This document shows, one piece after another, positions 45,989-54,700 of a DNA stretch of 62,799 nt (positions are counted from its first letter, which is position 1; each line of letters starts with the position of its first letter). The DNA is taken from the IMG/VR virus record IMGVR_UViG_3300028840_003424. One strand, 5' to 3'. The stretch is from a virus. The notes under the pieces are model-generated. The model was not told where the DNA came from. It was given only the letters and a program-made list of their open reading frames with translations, and did not search any database. The position numbers were made by a program, and so were the translations under genes.

Positions 45989-46977
45989 CACGTCCGCCCT
46001 TCCATCAGCGCCCATGATAGGTCTGCTTTCTCCGGCGCGTCATCCGGCCACTTGTACAGTACGGCGTTTGCTCCGGCTTTGCGGAGCAGGTTGGCGACTC
46101 GCGGGCCGTTCGCCCTGGGCAGCTTTTTGGCCTTGGGGTGATCCAAAAACCATTTCTCTGCCAGCTTGGATAAAAGCTTTTCGTTCGGCGTGCCATGCAG
46201 GTCGTTGTCGTACCAGACGATCACCCGTCCCGGCTTTTGAGAAACAATCCATTTCGTCCACGAATCGCGCCAGGTACCCGCCCCACCGGTCGACGCTACA
46301 GCGATCACACGCGGCGTCTCTTGCATGGCGAACATCGCATCTACAGGGCTTTCGCACACAATCACAATCGCGTTTTCCTCGTAGGGGATCAGCGATCCGC
46401 CCCACAAGGTTACTCGAGATCCCGCCGCTTGGTGCCACTTTTGTTCACAGCCGCATCCGCCGACCTTGAGCACGCGACCACGAAAGGCCACGATCCGCCC
46501 CATGGCATCGTAGCAGGGGTAGATCAAGCGGTCGTGCCGGCAACTGCAAGACGGCAAGACGCCAACCCCAAGGCTCCAGGCTTGAATTGTATCGAGCGTG
46601 AACGGAACATAATCGTTCCACAGTTTTTGTGTCTTGGGATGGTTCGTGAAGGCGCTCAGTGTCTCTTCTGCGTGTTGTTGCCAAAAGTGCGGGCGATGCG
46701 TGACCTTGGCCTTGCGCTTTACAGGCTCCCGGTAGGGCTCTGTGGGCCTTGGCGTGCCTAGACGCTCTGTGAGGTCTTTCAGCCCGCCGTGCTCTTGGCA
46801 GATAAAGCAGTTCCAACCACGTGGGGAGTAAGAGCACTTTTTCCGGTGCGCCTCCGCCCCGCAGTTTGGGCAATCGATCCAGCGCTCGTCCTTTTCCCCT
46901 TCCGGCTCAACCCCTAGCTGGTCATCAAGCGCTTGCAGCCTCCGGCTCACCCATTGCAGTCTCGTCGGCTCGTCCAT
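45988..46977 (-). CDS. DNA primase (zinc finger + Toprim)
   Basis: CPNCG...CFIC zinc finger; Toprim IVIVCESPVDAMFA and VWYDNDLHG. Confidence 0.7.
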   Translation of the reverse strand: MDEPTRLQWVSRRLQALDDQLGVEPEGEKDERWIDCPNCGAEAHRKKCSYSPRGWNCFICQEHGGLKDLTERLGTPRPTEPYREPVKRKAKVTHRPHFWQQHAEETLSAFTNHPKTQKLWNDYVPFTLDTIQAWSLGVGVLPSCSCRHDRLIYPCYDAMGRIVAFRGRVLKVGGCGCEQKWHQAAGSRVTLWGGSLIPYEENAIVIVCESPVDAMFAMQETPRVIAVASTGGAGTWRDSWTKWIVSQKPGRVIVWYDNDLHGTPNEKLLSKLAEKWFLDHPKAKKLPRANGPRVANLLRKAGANAVLYKWPDDAPEKADLSWALMEGRT

Positions 46978-47293
46978 GTTCCAACACTCCGTCTACATTC
47001 TCCAGCCACCGTGTCAGATCCACGGCGGCATGGACGTCTGTCTCGTCCTCGTCCATGTAGTACTGAATAGCTGCCTCTAGGAGAGGAAACAGCCGGGCCG
47101 TTTCCGACAAAAGCCGGATGATTACCCGGAACCCCTTTGACCTGTTTCCGTCTCCTACGCTCTCCAAAAACGCCACTTGCTTTTTGAGCAGGGAGAGGTT
47201 GAATCTCTCCCGCCTTGGTCCGACAATGCTGACCGTCGTTCTGTTTTCTCCATCCGCCCCCAATGACGGGCGACCTCCCCGGTTACTTTTCAT
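46925..47293 (-). CDS. Putative DNA-binding protein (RHH/excisionase-like N-terminus)
   Basis: GGRPSLG...TTVSIV motif; GAAAGGAG SD; first gene after the promoter at 47324. Confidence 0.4.
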   Translation of the reverse strand: MKSNRGGRPSLGADGENRTTVSIVGPRRERFNLSLLKKQVAFLESVGDGNRSKGFRVIIRLLSETARLFPLLEAAIQYYMDEDETDVHAAVDLTRWLENVDGVLEHGRADETAMGEPEAASA

Positions 47294-47323
47294 GCCGATC
47301 TCCTTTCTCTGTATGGTGGTACT

Positions 47324-47332
47324 ATTCTACCA
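47324..47332 (-). promoter_or_regulatory. Extended -10 promoter (TGGTAGAAT on the minus strand)
   Basis: Reverse complement ggttctgTGGTAGAATagtacc; same ggttctgtgg context as the promoter at 80-88. Confidence 0.55.
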
Positions 47333-47692
47333 CAGAACCTTGTCGCTGTCAATGCCAAGCTTGTTGTAGAGAACGTCAAGAGCGGCACATATCTGTGTCC
47401 GAAAGTCAGCACCTTGGGGTAATTTGAGCGTTTCGTCAATTGCGTACTTGAAATCATGATGCAGCCGATCGTCATCGATCATGTCGAACACGCGGTCGTT
47501 TGGGCTCACGGAGTACATAAAGAGCCAACCAAGCGCGTTCACTGCGCGTTCTCTCTGTTCTCTCTCACAACCCATGCACCATTCGCAGCGCGGAAACTGG
47601 CTCTTGATCTTCCATTCTCCGCACCGGGGGCAGCGCCGGAATCCCCGGCGCTGCATCCATAGGTGGTATCGGGTTTTCAGTCGATCAAACAT
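47327..47692 (-). CDS. Zinc-ribbon protein
   Basis: CPRCG...CEWCMGC. Confidence 0.5.
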   Translation of the reverse strand: MFDRLKTRYHLWMQRRGFRRCPRCGEWKIKSQFPRCEWCMGCEREQRERAVNALGWLFMYSVSPNDRVFDMIDDDRLHHDFKYAIDETLKLPQGADFRTQICAALDVLYNKLGIDSDKVLW

Positions 47693-47892
47693 GTCTGTTC
47701 CTCCACGATCTTTAGGGCAAGATTGCCTTGCGCAACCTGTTCAAACGCCTCTGTGATAAAGTCGGACAGGCGATAGTCCTCACCGCCATGCTCCATGTCG
47801 TAGAGCATATCTTGCCAGGCGAGCGCGATCGCATTGTCGTTCTCCGCTGCATACTTTTCGACATCCTCTAGAGTCTTGAGTTTGATGATCAC
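47677..47892 (-). CDS. Hypothetical acidic protein
   Basis: ORF trimmed to a GTG overlapping the helicase stop (GTGA), with GGGAG upstream. Confidence 0.45.
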   Translation of the reverse strand: MIIKLKTLEDVEKYAAENDNAIALAWQDMLYDMEHGGEDYRLSDFITEAFEQVAQGNLALKIVEEQTCLID

Positions 47893-49634
47893 AGCCTCAA
47901 CTCCCTTCTGGCAAAAAAGTGGGTGATGGCTTGAGCAGCGCGGCCCTTGCTCATGCCCTCTTCCCAGACACCCAAGCGCTTGCACAGCGATTCTTGCTTT
48001 TCGCTTGCGCTCTGCTTGCGCCACTTGGCCGATTTTTTACCAAGTACGTCGATTTGATGCAAGATGCAGAAATCTTCTGCAGCCTCGCTTGCATCTTCCC
48101 ACGTCTCGTATGTGCCGATGTTTTCAGTGGGAGAGCGCTTTTTGATGTAGTAGAGCGAGAACCGAGCGGCACGGCGCAGCCGTTCATACTCGCGATTGTA
48201 GGCCGGTTTCCAGTGTTCCGTGCCGCGTAGCTCATCGGCTCTTTCCAGCCGGGATAGCGCAACCTCATCCGGCATGGTGATCGCCAGCGTTCCGCCTTCC
48301 CCCACGGTCGCGCTTGCCAACACCCCGTCAAAGGTCCAGGCCAGTCGGCTTGACGTGAGATAGTCCAAGACCTCGACAACGATCTCGTCAGGGTCACCGT
48401 CAACGCCTTCACCTTTCGAGTTGATGCCAAACGCGCCCAAGATCACGCCAGAATCCGCGCCCTTTTCCTCAGCCTCTCGTTGTTCCTTGGGCTTGCCCAA
48501 CATATCCCCGGCTTGCAGGATGTCCCGATCCCCGTCCGGCACAAAGTCAAGGATCGTCGCTACCTGCTTGCCGGGGTAGACGCGCAGCGCCCGGCCCATC
48601 ATCTGCATGTAGACCAGATCCGACTTGGTTGGGCGGACCTGCACCAGGCACTCGATCTGGGGGGCGTCAAACCCCTCAGTCCAGAGCGCACAGTTGACCA
48701 CACCGGTCGTCTCTCCGCTCTTGAATCGTCTCAGGATCGCTTGCCGTTCTGCCTTTGGCGTGGTTCCATCCGCTGACTCGAACGCATACCCGGCCTCTCT
48801 GAATCGAGCAGCGAGTGAGTGGGCTTGTGCGACGGATGCCGTAAAGCAGATCGTCGGCTTGCCCTTACAGTGCTCTTCCCACTCTGCAATGACCAGATCC
48901 TCCGCGTTCCGTGCTTTCAGCACGTCGCCTAGTTCCTCATCGTCCCACCCGGCGCCCACGCGCCGAACGTTCGAGATGTTGACAGGGAGACGGAATCCGA
49001 GCGCCACAAACGGACACAGCGCGCCGCTCTTGATGCTTTTCTTGATGCCCATGCGATAGGCGACAGAATCATAGACGCGGCTCAGTCCGTCTCCATCCGT
49101 GCGCCTTGGGGTAGCAGTGACGCCAAGGTGCCGGATCTCCGGGTTGTGCTCTTTGAGCCGCGTGTACACGTCCAGGTAAGAGGGGGCAACGGAGTGATGG
49201 GCCTCGTCAGTGATCACGTGCGTGATCTTGCCGTGGGCAAAGATGCGATCCAGCCGCCTGTTTGCGTTCAAGGTCTGGATGGTCGCGATCACGACCTTGC
49301 AGCCGGCCATGTTCTCGTCCGCCATGACGACCCCGACGTCCGCGAGTTCAGGGAAAAACTTCAAGATGCGATCGCGGGGTTGGTAAATCAGTTCTTGCCG
49401 GTGGGCGATGACGAGCGCCCGGTCCTCTGGCCCAAGGTGTCGGGCCAGCGCGGCAAGAAAGATGATCGTCTTGCCGGTCCCGGTGGACAGCGCGGCAAGC
49501 GTCCACTTGCCATGATCCCACTCGGAGCAGATAGACGACACTGCCTCTTCTTGGTAGGGGCGGAGCGTCAGGGGCTCAAAGGTCAAGTTTAGACGTTCCG
49601 CGTCCGCTGTACCGTCAAATAGTGTTCTTTGCAT
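47889..49634 (-). CDS. SF2 DEAH-box DNA helicase
   Basis: Motif I STGTGKT, II VITDEAHH, III VTATP, VI QMMGRALR. Confidence 0.85.
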   Translation of the reverse strand: MQRTLFDGTADAERLNLTFEPLTLRPYQEEAVSSICSEWDHGKWTLAALSTGTGKTIIFLAALARHLGPEDRALVIAHRQELIYQPRDRILKFFPELADVGVVMADENMAGCKVVIATIQTLNANRRLDRIFAHGKITHVITDEAHHSVAPSYLDVYTRLKEHNPEIRHLGVTATPRRTDGDGLSRVYDSVAYRMGIKKSIKSGALCPFVALGFRLPVNISNVRRVGAGWDDEELGDVLKARNAEDLVIAEWEEHCKGKPTICFTASVAQAHSLAARFREAGYAFESADGTTPKAERQAILRRFKSGETTGVVNCALWTEGFDAPQIECLVQVRPTKSDLVYMQMMGRALRVYPGKQVATILDFVPDGDRDILQAGDMLGKPKEQREAEEKGADSGVILGAFGINSKGEGVDGDPDEIVVEVLDYLTSSRLAWTFDGVLASATVGEGGTLAITMPDEVALSRLERADELRGTEHWKPAYNREYERLRRAARFSLYYIKKRSPTENIGTYETWEDASEAAEDFCILHQIDVLGKKSAKWRKQSASEKQESLCKRLGVWEEGMSKGRAAQAITHFFARRELRL

Positions 49635-49839
49635 AAAGCCTTTCCTTTCTCAGCGGGTGGTACAGATTACATCCGCAATGTGGGCACAGGTGGAGCAGGT
49701 GCGATGGTCGCATGTTACCAAGGGGCTTGCCGCAAATCGGACAGAGCCCCTTGCACTGGCAATCAAGGCAAAGCACCCGCTCCCATTCCCAAGTAGGGTT
49801 GGGAACCCAACCCTCGCCCTTACAGGTCGGGCACGTCAT
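49615..49839 (-). CDS. Cys-rich zinc-finger protein (DnaJ-type CxxCxGxG)
   Basis: CPTCKGEG, CLDCQC, CPICG, CPHCGC. Confidence 0.5.
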   Translation of the reverse strand: MTCPTCKGEGWVPNPTWEWERVLCLDCQCKGLCPICGKPLGNMRPSHLLHLCPHCGCNLYHPLRKERLYAKNTI

Positions 49840-50035
49840 CGAAAAGCCCCAAGTCGCCCAAGGTCCGGGCCAGGATCACCAGTTGATCCGTGTGGTGGGT
49901 CGCCAAAAACTCGTAATGCTTGGCAGCGCTCGCCCCTTCCGTCAAGGACGGATGGAGCAGAGTTTGCGCGTGCGGGGACAGCCTTTCGTCCCCGTCGATT
50001 CGTGCTTGCGCTTGCGTTCTGTAGTCGTTAGGCAT
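49820..50035 (-). CDS. Hypothetical protein
   Basis: 71-aa ORF packed between its neighbours. Confidence 0.45.
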   Translation of the reverse strand: MPNDYRTQAQARIDGDERLSPHAQTLLHPSLTEGASAAKHYEFLATHHTDQLVILARTLGDLGLFDDVPDL

Positions 50036-50292
50036 CAGTCGTCACTCTCCATAGAATCAAAAAGAGCCATATCCCCACCGCTCACAGGGGCCGGGGCGTA
50101 TAGCTCGTTCAACCGGTCTTGCTCCAGCGGCAAGCCGGGCCGCTCGTGTTCTGTCCCGCAGACCTCACAGCGCAAGACCTCTTGCCACGTTCCGGCCTCG
50201 TCCAGAATCCAGTTGGTGTACCGGATGTGCCACGTCTGGGCCTTGCACTTGTGGCAGTCTGCTTTTGTCTTTGCGTCTTTTCGCTCTGGCAT
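50035..50292 (-). CDS. Zinc-ribbon protein
   Basis: ORF trimmed to the ATG at 50292, downstream of the promoter. CHKC...CEVC. Confidence 0.5.
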   Translation of the reverse strand: MPERKDAKTKADCHKCKAQTWHIRYTNWILDEAGTWQEVLRCEVCGTEHERPGLPLEQDRLNELYAPAPVSGGDMALFDSMESDD

Positions 50293-50332
50293 TGGCAAAA
50301 TCTCCAAGTCCCCCGTTTTGTTTCGTGGTACC

Positions 50333-50341
50333 ATCATACCA
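50333..50341 (-). promoter_or_regulatory. Extended -10 promoter (TGGTATGAT on the minus strand)
   Basis: Reverse complement ggttctgTGGTATGATggtacc; the CTAGTAC triplet lies immediately upstream. Confidence 0.55.
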
Positions 50342-50353
50342 CAGAACCAAGTC

Positions 50354-50378
50354 CTAGTACATAGTACTAGAGTACTAG
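50354..50378. promoter_or_regulatory. Three CTAGTAC/GTACTAG heptamers (candidate operator)
   Basis: cCTAGTACataGTACTAGaGTACTAGg, immediately upstream of the minus promoter at 50333-41. Confidence 0.5.
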
Positions 50379-51100
50379 GACGTTTGTTCTAGGGTCATCA
50401 GGGCGAAAAGGTCATCGACGGGGATAGGGATAGGGACAGGATCGGGCTCTACGATGTCTGCTTGGCCGGTGTAGAGCAAGAGCATCTTACGGGCAAGGTC
50501 AGGGGATATCTCGTCAGAGTAGCGCCGGGTCAAGTGGATTGTGCCCCACTTGCTGATCTCAAAAAAGGCGACATTTGCGCTCGTCCGGTTGCTGTTGAAC
50601 CAATCGGGGGGATAGGGCTCCTTGCCGATCGCAGCGCATAGCTCGTTGACCATGGCAAGCGTGCGCTCCTGCTGCTCGATTGCGTCAAGCATCGTTTTCT
50701 CTAGCTTGTACCACTTGCGCAAGTAGGGGCGCAAGAAACGCTCGCTGATATTGCTTACCACGCTCTGCGGCGTGCGGTCGGCGGAGACAGTAGCGCGGTA
50801 GTTGGTCGTGTCCGTGTAACGGTTGGGCATGGACCAGCCGTACCGGTCGTCTCTGGGCCAATGAAAGGAAAAGATCAGCCGTCCGCTCTCCGGCACGTCT
50901 TTCTCTAGCGCCGGGCACCCTGGACAGATGACGCTCTCCGGGCTTGTGTGGAGCCCTACCATCGCCCCGGCGATGTGCTGCAAGTAGGTGTAGCGCACCT
51001 TTTCACGGTTCGCCCATTCTCCTTGCCCCAAACGCACAGGTGCATGATCCCATTCGATCATGCACCCGGCGATCGCGTCCCCCCACTGCCGTAGATTCAT
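50375..51100 (-). CDS. Hypothetical protein
   Basis: 241 aa, non-repetitive. Confidence 0.6.
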   Translation of the reverse strand: MNLRQWGDAIAGCMIEWDHAPVRLGQGEWANREKVRYTYLQHIAGAMVGLHTSPESVICPGCPALEKDVPESGRLIFSFHWPRDDRYGWSMPNRYTDTTNYRATVSADRTPQSVVSNISERFLRPYLRKWYKLEKTMLDAIEQQERTLAMVNELCAAIGKEPYPPDWFNSNRTSANVAFFEISKWGTIHLTRRYSDEISPDLARKMLLLYTGQADIVEPDPVPIPIPVDDLFALMTLEQTS

Positions 51101-51258
51101 TTCTTGACTCCCAAAATGCGATAGCGGATCTCCGCGACGTCAGCTAGTTCGTGCCGCCAACCGTCAACCTCCATCCAGCCCTTGGGCAACAAGCGGACAT
51201 AGTGCAGATTCTTGGTGTGAACAGCCGTGTTGTCCTTGAAAAGTACGCTTATGCGCAT
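51097..51258 (-). CDS. Possible 53-aa protein
   Basis: ATGA-coupled to the downstream gene; below the track cutoff. Confidence 0.4.
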   Translation of the reverse strand: MRISVLFKDNTAVHTKNLHYVRLLPKGWMEVDGWRHELADVAEIRYRILGVKK

Positions 51259-51259
51259 G

Positions 51260-51427
51260 TCAGTCGATCGCGCCGCTCTCCAAGTCCATGATCTCGTCAG
51301 CGGCCTCTTGGGGCGTCTTGTCGGTCAAGAAAGCCTCGTCCAGCACGTTCGCCCACGACACAAGCAGATCCTCGTCATCGCCAAGCAGTTGGAGAACCTT
51401 GTCATTCCAGGTATCGCGTTCTGTCAT
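51260..51427 (-). CDS. Possible 55-aa acidic protein
   Basis: Leader acacgaaaggcggagca precedes the ATG. Confidence 0.4.
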   Translation of the reverse strand: MTERDTWNDKVLQLLGDDEDLLVSWANVLDEAFLTDKTPQEAADEIMDLESGAID

Positions 51428-51471
51428 TGCTCCGCCTTTCGTGTATGGTGCACTTTGTTGTTTCTGCCTCT

Positions 51472-51480
51472 ATTGTACCG
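51472..51480 (-). promoter_or_regulatory. -10-like element (CGGTACAAT on the minus strand)
   Basis: Reverse complement ggtttcgCGGTACAATagagg, followed by the leader ...acacgaaaggcggagcaATG (51427). Confidence 0.45.
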
Positions 51481-51514
51481 CGAAACCTACCCCGACTCAA
51501 TAGTACTCTAGTAA

Positions 51515-51586
51515 CCCCCCTAAAATTTAGATCCATCATGTAAGATCTTATAGATCTAAATTTTAGGGGGAGTACTACAGTACTAC
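51515..51586. repeat. AT-rich palindromic element, copy 3 (best copy)
   Basis: 18-bp perfect inverted repeat CCCCCTAAAATTTAGATC (51516-33) / GATCTAAATTTTAGGGGG (51553-70), 19-nt spacer CATCATGTAAGATCTTATA; 3' flank AGTACTACAGTACTAC. Confidence 0.9.
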
Positions 51587-53695
51587 CTAGTCTTGAACGG
51601 GCTCTAGTATCCAGGTCGTCCGCCCATGGTCTGGAGAAAGACGCCGGTTGACTCTGGCCCACTGCTTGACCCGCGCCCGCTCTTGCGAGTGTTGGGCGAT
51701 GTAGAATAGCCAGCGCTGTGCCGTGACGGTCGACGTCGCGACGTCCGCAGCCTCCGCGATCTGCTCTTTTGTGAGATAGGGTACGCATGCGTCCCACTGC
51801 TCGTCAAGCCATTCTCGCAGCAGGAGCCACTTTTCCCACGTAACCCCCTCGTAGTAGGGCCGGCCAGTCTTGGTTTCCTTGCGCTCTCTGGATGGTGCCA
51901 GCCACGTGTCGTTGAGATTGGAAAAGATGCCGTCAAGGGGCTCGTCAGTCGGCAGAGAGGTCAAGAGCCACACGTCAGAGGGTTTGATGTTGGGCCTGAC
52001 CCGGTGTACGGCTTGGGTGATCTCGTTGCGCCGAAACTCTTCCAGCACAACCCGCAGATGCGGATCGCTCCAAAACCCGGAGATATCACGAACAGGGTAG
52101 CCCCTTGGATCCGGATCCTTCAACCTGTACTCCCGCTCTTTGCGCGTCCATGGCGGAGGCTTGCCCTCTTCTATGAAGGATTCCATCCGGTCAGGGAAGA
52201 TGCTTGCGGCAAGATCCATCACTCCGCCAGTATTCGGACAGAACCCACCGGCCACGATCAGAGCGTCGGCGCTCTCCAGGTCGTTGGTGCCCCGGATGTC
52301 TCCAAAGTGGCGTGTGTTTCCGTTGAACCGGGGCACTGCTTCAAATTCCGGCTTTGCAGCCTTGAACGTGACGACGGCTACACGCTTGCCTGGATAGTCG
52401 TCCGCGATAATCTGGGCGACGTCGAGCATTTGCCGCCCCTTCTTGCTCAGTTTCTTTTCTCCGTTCACCCCCTCGAACGCGCCGCCCATGCCGTTCAGTC
52501 GGCCCACGATCTGGAAGATGCGCCCCGGCCTTTCGACGGTCGGAGCATACAGCAAGACGTCACGATCAAAAAGGGCTTTGTACATCTCTGGGGATCCGGT
52601 TGCGTCCAGGCAGATCAGAGGGCAGCTTTTCGACCAGCGGTCTTTTGCGTTGTGCCGGGAGAGGATGAGCAGACCGTCGCGGCTGACTCTCACTCTCGAG
52701 ATCCAACGTGTCCATCCGCTCTTCCAGCACGTGAACTCTGGAGAGAGGGCAAGCAGCAGGTCTTGCACGTACCAAAAGGGCGCATTGTGGACCTCTCCAG
52801 GCGTGTCGATGATCGGGATATGGGGGATCCATTCTCCAAGGTTCTCTTGCTCGTCGTACACTGCCGCCAGATCGTTACCGATCATACTAAACAGCTTTGG
52901 CCCCCAGAGGGGAGCGGTCGCCCGGCTTGCCAGGTATTCTAGCCCGTCAAGCAAGCGCTTCAAGGCCCCTTGGGCGCCGGGAACGACGATCGACTTGGGG
53001 GGTACCCACTGCTTTTTGAGGAACGCGCCGAGCGGCATTTCGTCGCAGAATCCACACCAGTAGTCAGAGATCGCCATGCCGGTGATCAGGTGTTGGTGCA
53101 TTCCAAAGATGATCCGCTCCTTGCGCCGGGCTTGCAGCCGGTAGGGGCAGTTGGAGAGATAGCCATCATGGTTGCACAGCGCTTTACATAGGTCGATCGA
53201 CGGGTACCCGCGGTTCAACCAGGACATCATCTCCGGTGCATACCTGCACATGTCGTAAGCTTCCCCTCCGCCCAACGTGTGGGCAAAGGGCAGCCATTCA
53301 TACCACTTTGACCAGTCAAAACCCTTGGTGCCCGCGATGTCGGCAAAAAAGTCATGGCGTGGACCTGCATAGAGGATACGGCCTCTCTCTGCAAGGTCTT
53401 GTGCGGCCTCGACCGCAGCGGTGGTCTTGCCCACGCCAGGGGGAACGCGCACAAGCAAAAGCCGGGGATCCGCTGACTCTACATAGTCTAGGATCGCCCG
53501 GCTGATCCCCTCTCTTACCTCGTCCAGAGGCAAGGGAGGGGGATGCTCGTCAAGCGTCGTTTTATCAGTCCACCCCAGATCGTAGGTGGACGGCTTGTCC
53601 GTCCACCATTCCGGTTCAGGGGGTATCCCATACGCTTGCTCGTCGTGTTCCCTTTTTTGCCGCAGGGCGTCAAGGAAGTCGTCAATGATGGTCAC
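51587..53695 (-). CDS. P-loop helicase-like protein with a 4-Cys cluster (possibly Rad3/XPD/DinG-like)
   Basis: Walker A PPGVGKTT; four Cys (C-x19-C-x3-C-x8-C) before a DE motif CGFCDEMP; late motifs GTNDLESADALIVAG and QAVHRVRP. Confidence 0.5.
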   Translation of the reverse strand: MTIIDDFLDALRQKREHDEQAYGIPPEPEWWTDKPSTYDLGWTDKTTLDEHPPPLPLDEVREGISRAILDYVESADPRLLLVRVPPGVGKTTAAVEAAQDLAERGRILYAGPRHDFFADIAGTKGFDWSKWYEWLPFAHTLGGGEAYDMCRYAPEMMSWLNRGYPSIDLCKALCNHDGYLSNCPYRLQARRKERIIFGMHQHLITGMAISDYWCGFCDEMPLGAFLKKQWVPPKSIVVPGAQGALKRLLDGLEYLASRATAPLWGPKLFSMIGNDLAAVYDEQENLGEWIPHIPIIDTPGEVHNAPFWYVQDLLLALSPEFTCWKSGWTRWISRVRVSRDGLLILSRHNAKDRWSKSCPLICLDATGSPEMYKALFDRDVLLYAPTVERPGRIFQIVGRLNGMGGAFEGVNGEKKLSKKGRQMLDVAQIIADDYPGKRVAVVTFKAAKPEFEAVPRFNGNTRHFGDIRGTNDLESADALIVAGGFCPNTGGVMDLAASIFPDRMESFIEEGKPPPWTRKEREYRLKDPDPRGYPVRDISGFWSDPHLRVVLEEFRRNEITQAVHRVRPNIKPSDVWLLTSLPTDEPLDGIFSNLNDTWLAPSRERKETKTGRPYYEGVTWEKWLLLREWLDEQWDACVPYLTKEQIAEAADVATSTVTAQRWLFYIAQHSQERARVKQWARVNRRLSPDHGRTTWILEPVQD

Positions 53696-53698
53696 AGG

Positions 53699-54067
53699 CT
53701 AGTATCCTGATTTGCCTCTGCGTACAGCCGTCGCGTGCTTTTGCTTTCCGCCAAAGGGGCGGTCAGGAATTGGGGGGCGATATCTCTTGTGCATGGTCTG
53801 GCTCTCATTGCCGCACTCTGGGCATTTCCAGCGAAACGACCATTTGCCGTCAAGTGTCCAGCCAATGTAGACCAGATTGACCTTGCACGTGAGGCATTGC
53901 GTATCAAACCAGCGGTTGGTGCGCCACGTGCCGTCGATCTTTACTCTTGAGAGCGGGGGTTGGTCTACGCGGACCTCTGTCTCCAAGAGACACAGATCGT
54001 CAGGGTGCCAATCCGTGTCGCGGGGTGCCGGGACGTTCCCGGCGTGCAAAACAAACAGTTTGCCCAT
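53699..54067 (-). CDS. Zinc-ribbon protein
   Basis: ORF trimmed to the ATG at 54067 (GAAAGGA SD). CLTC...CPECG. Confidence 0.5.
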   Translation of the reverse strand: MGKLFVLHAGNVPAPRDTDWHPDDLCLLETEVRVDQPPLSRVKIDGTWRTNRWFDTQCLTCKVNLVYIGWTLDGKWSFRWKCPECGNESQTMHKRYRPPIPDRPFGGKQKHATAVRRGKSGY

Positions 54068-54121
54068 GGTCTCGATCCTTTCAGTGAGAAGAAACAAGTG
54101 GGGCGGGGTGCCCCACTTGTC

Positions 54122-54130
54122 ATGGTACCA
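54122..54130 (-). promoter_or_regulatory. Extended -10-like element (TGGTACCAT on the minus strand)
   Basis: Reverse complement gacaTGGTACCATgac, upstream of GAAAGGA and the ATG at 54067. Confidence 0.45.
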
Positions 54131-54163
54131 TGTCCGCTCTATAAGATCAATGGGACATGGGTA

Positions 54164-54700
54164 CTAGTATATTTCGCTGTACCACTTGTCGGCCTCAGTC
54201 GCGGCCTTGTCATGAATCCACTCAGGTAAAGGCTCAGAGAGCACGCGCAAGAGGGGCGGATAGTAGAGATAGGGCAGCGGTCGCCACCAAAAGCCGTTGT
54301 TTTGATCGAACCGGGGCGCGATCTTGTACGGCGGCTTGCAGTGTACCATCTCCCACTTGAACCGCACCACGTCAAAGTCAGGCTTGCGCCAATGTTTGGC
54401 CTCTCGATCGCTCATGCCCCCTTGGGTGTAGTGTTCGACGTAGACACAGCCGGTGAACGGACCAAGGCCATGCTCTGCCATCAGCGCGTGCGCGATGTAG
54501 TTTGCCCCGTTCGTCACGCTGAACCCGTCATAGGGATAGGGTTCCCCGACGATGACCACCTTTTGACCGGGGAACATAAAGGACGGCAGTTCGCCGGGCT
54601 CCAAGACAGTGATGTCCGCACGCGGCTGAACAAGCTTGTTAGGTGCATCATAGAGTAGTTCAAACTGCTCCATCGGCGTCTCCTTCCAAGATCGTGCCAA
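54164..54700 (-). CDS. Hypothetical protein
   Basis: 178-aa ORF; the start may be the internal ATG near 54673. Confidence 0.5.
   Translation of the reverse strand: MARSWKETPMEQFELLYDAPNKLVQPRADITVLEPGELPSFMFPGQKVVIVGEPYPYDGFSVTNGANYIAHALMAEHGLGPFTGCVYVEHYTQGGMSDREAKHWRKPDFDVVRFKWEMVHCKPPYKIAPRFDQNNGFWWRPLPYLYYPPLLRVLSEPLPEWIHDKAATEADKWYSEIY

Noticed and set aside
50326-50334. Plus-strand promoter reading of TTTCGTGGTACCAT
   Set aside because: TGGTACCA is palindromic. The plus-strand reading points into the 3' end of a minus-strand gene with no downstream ORF. The adjacent minus-strand TGGTATGAT fits the gene layout better.
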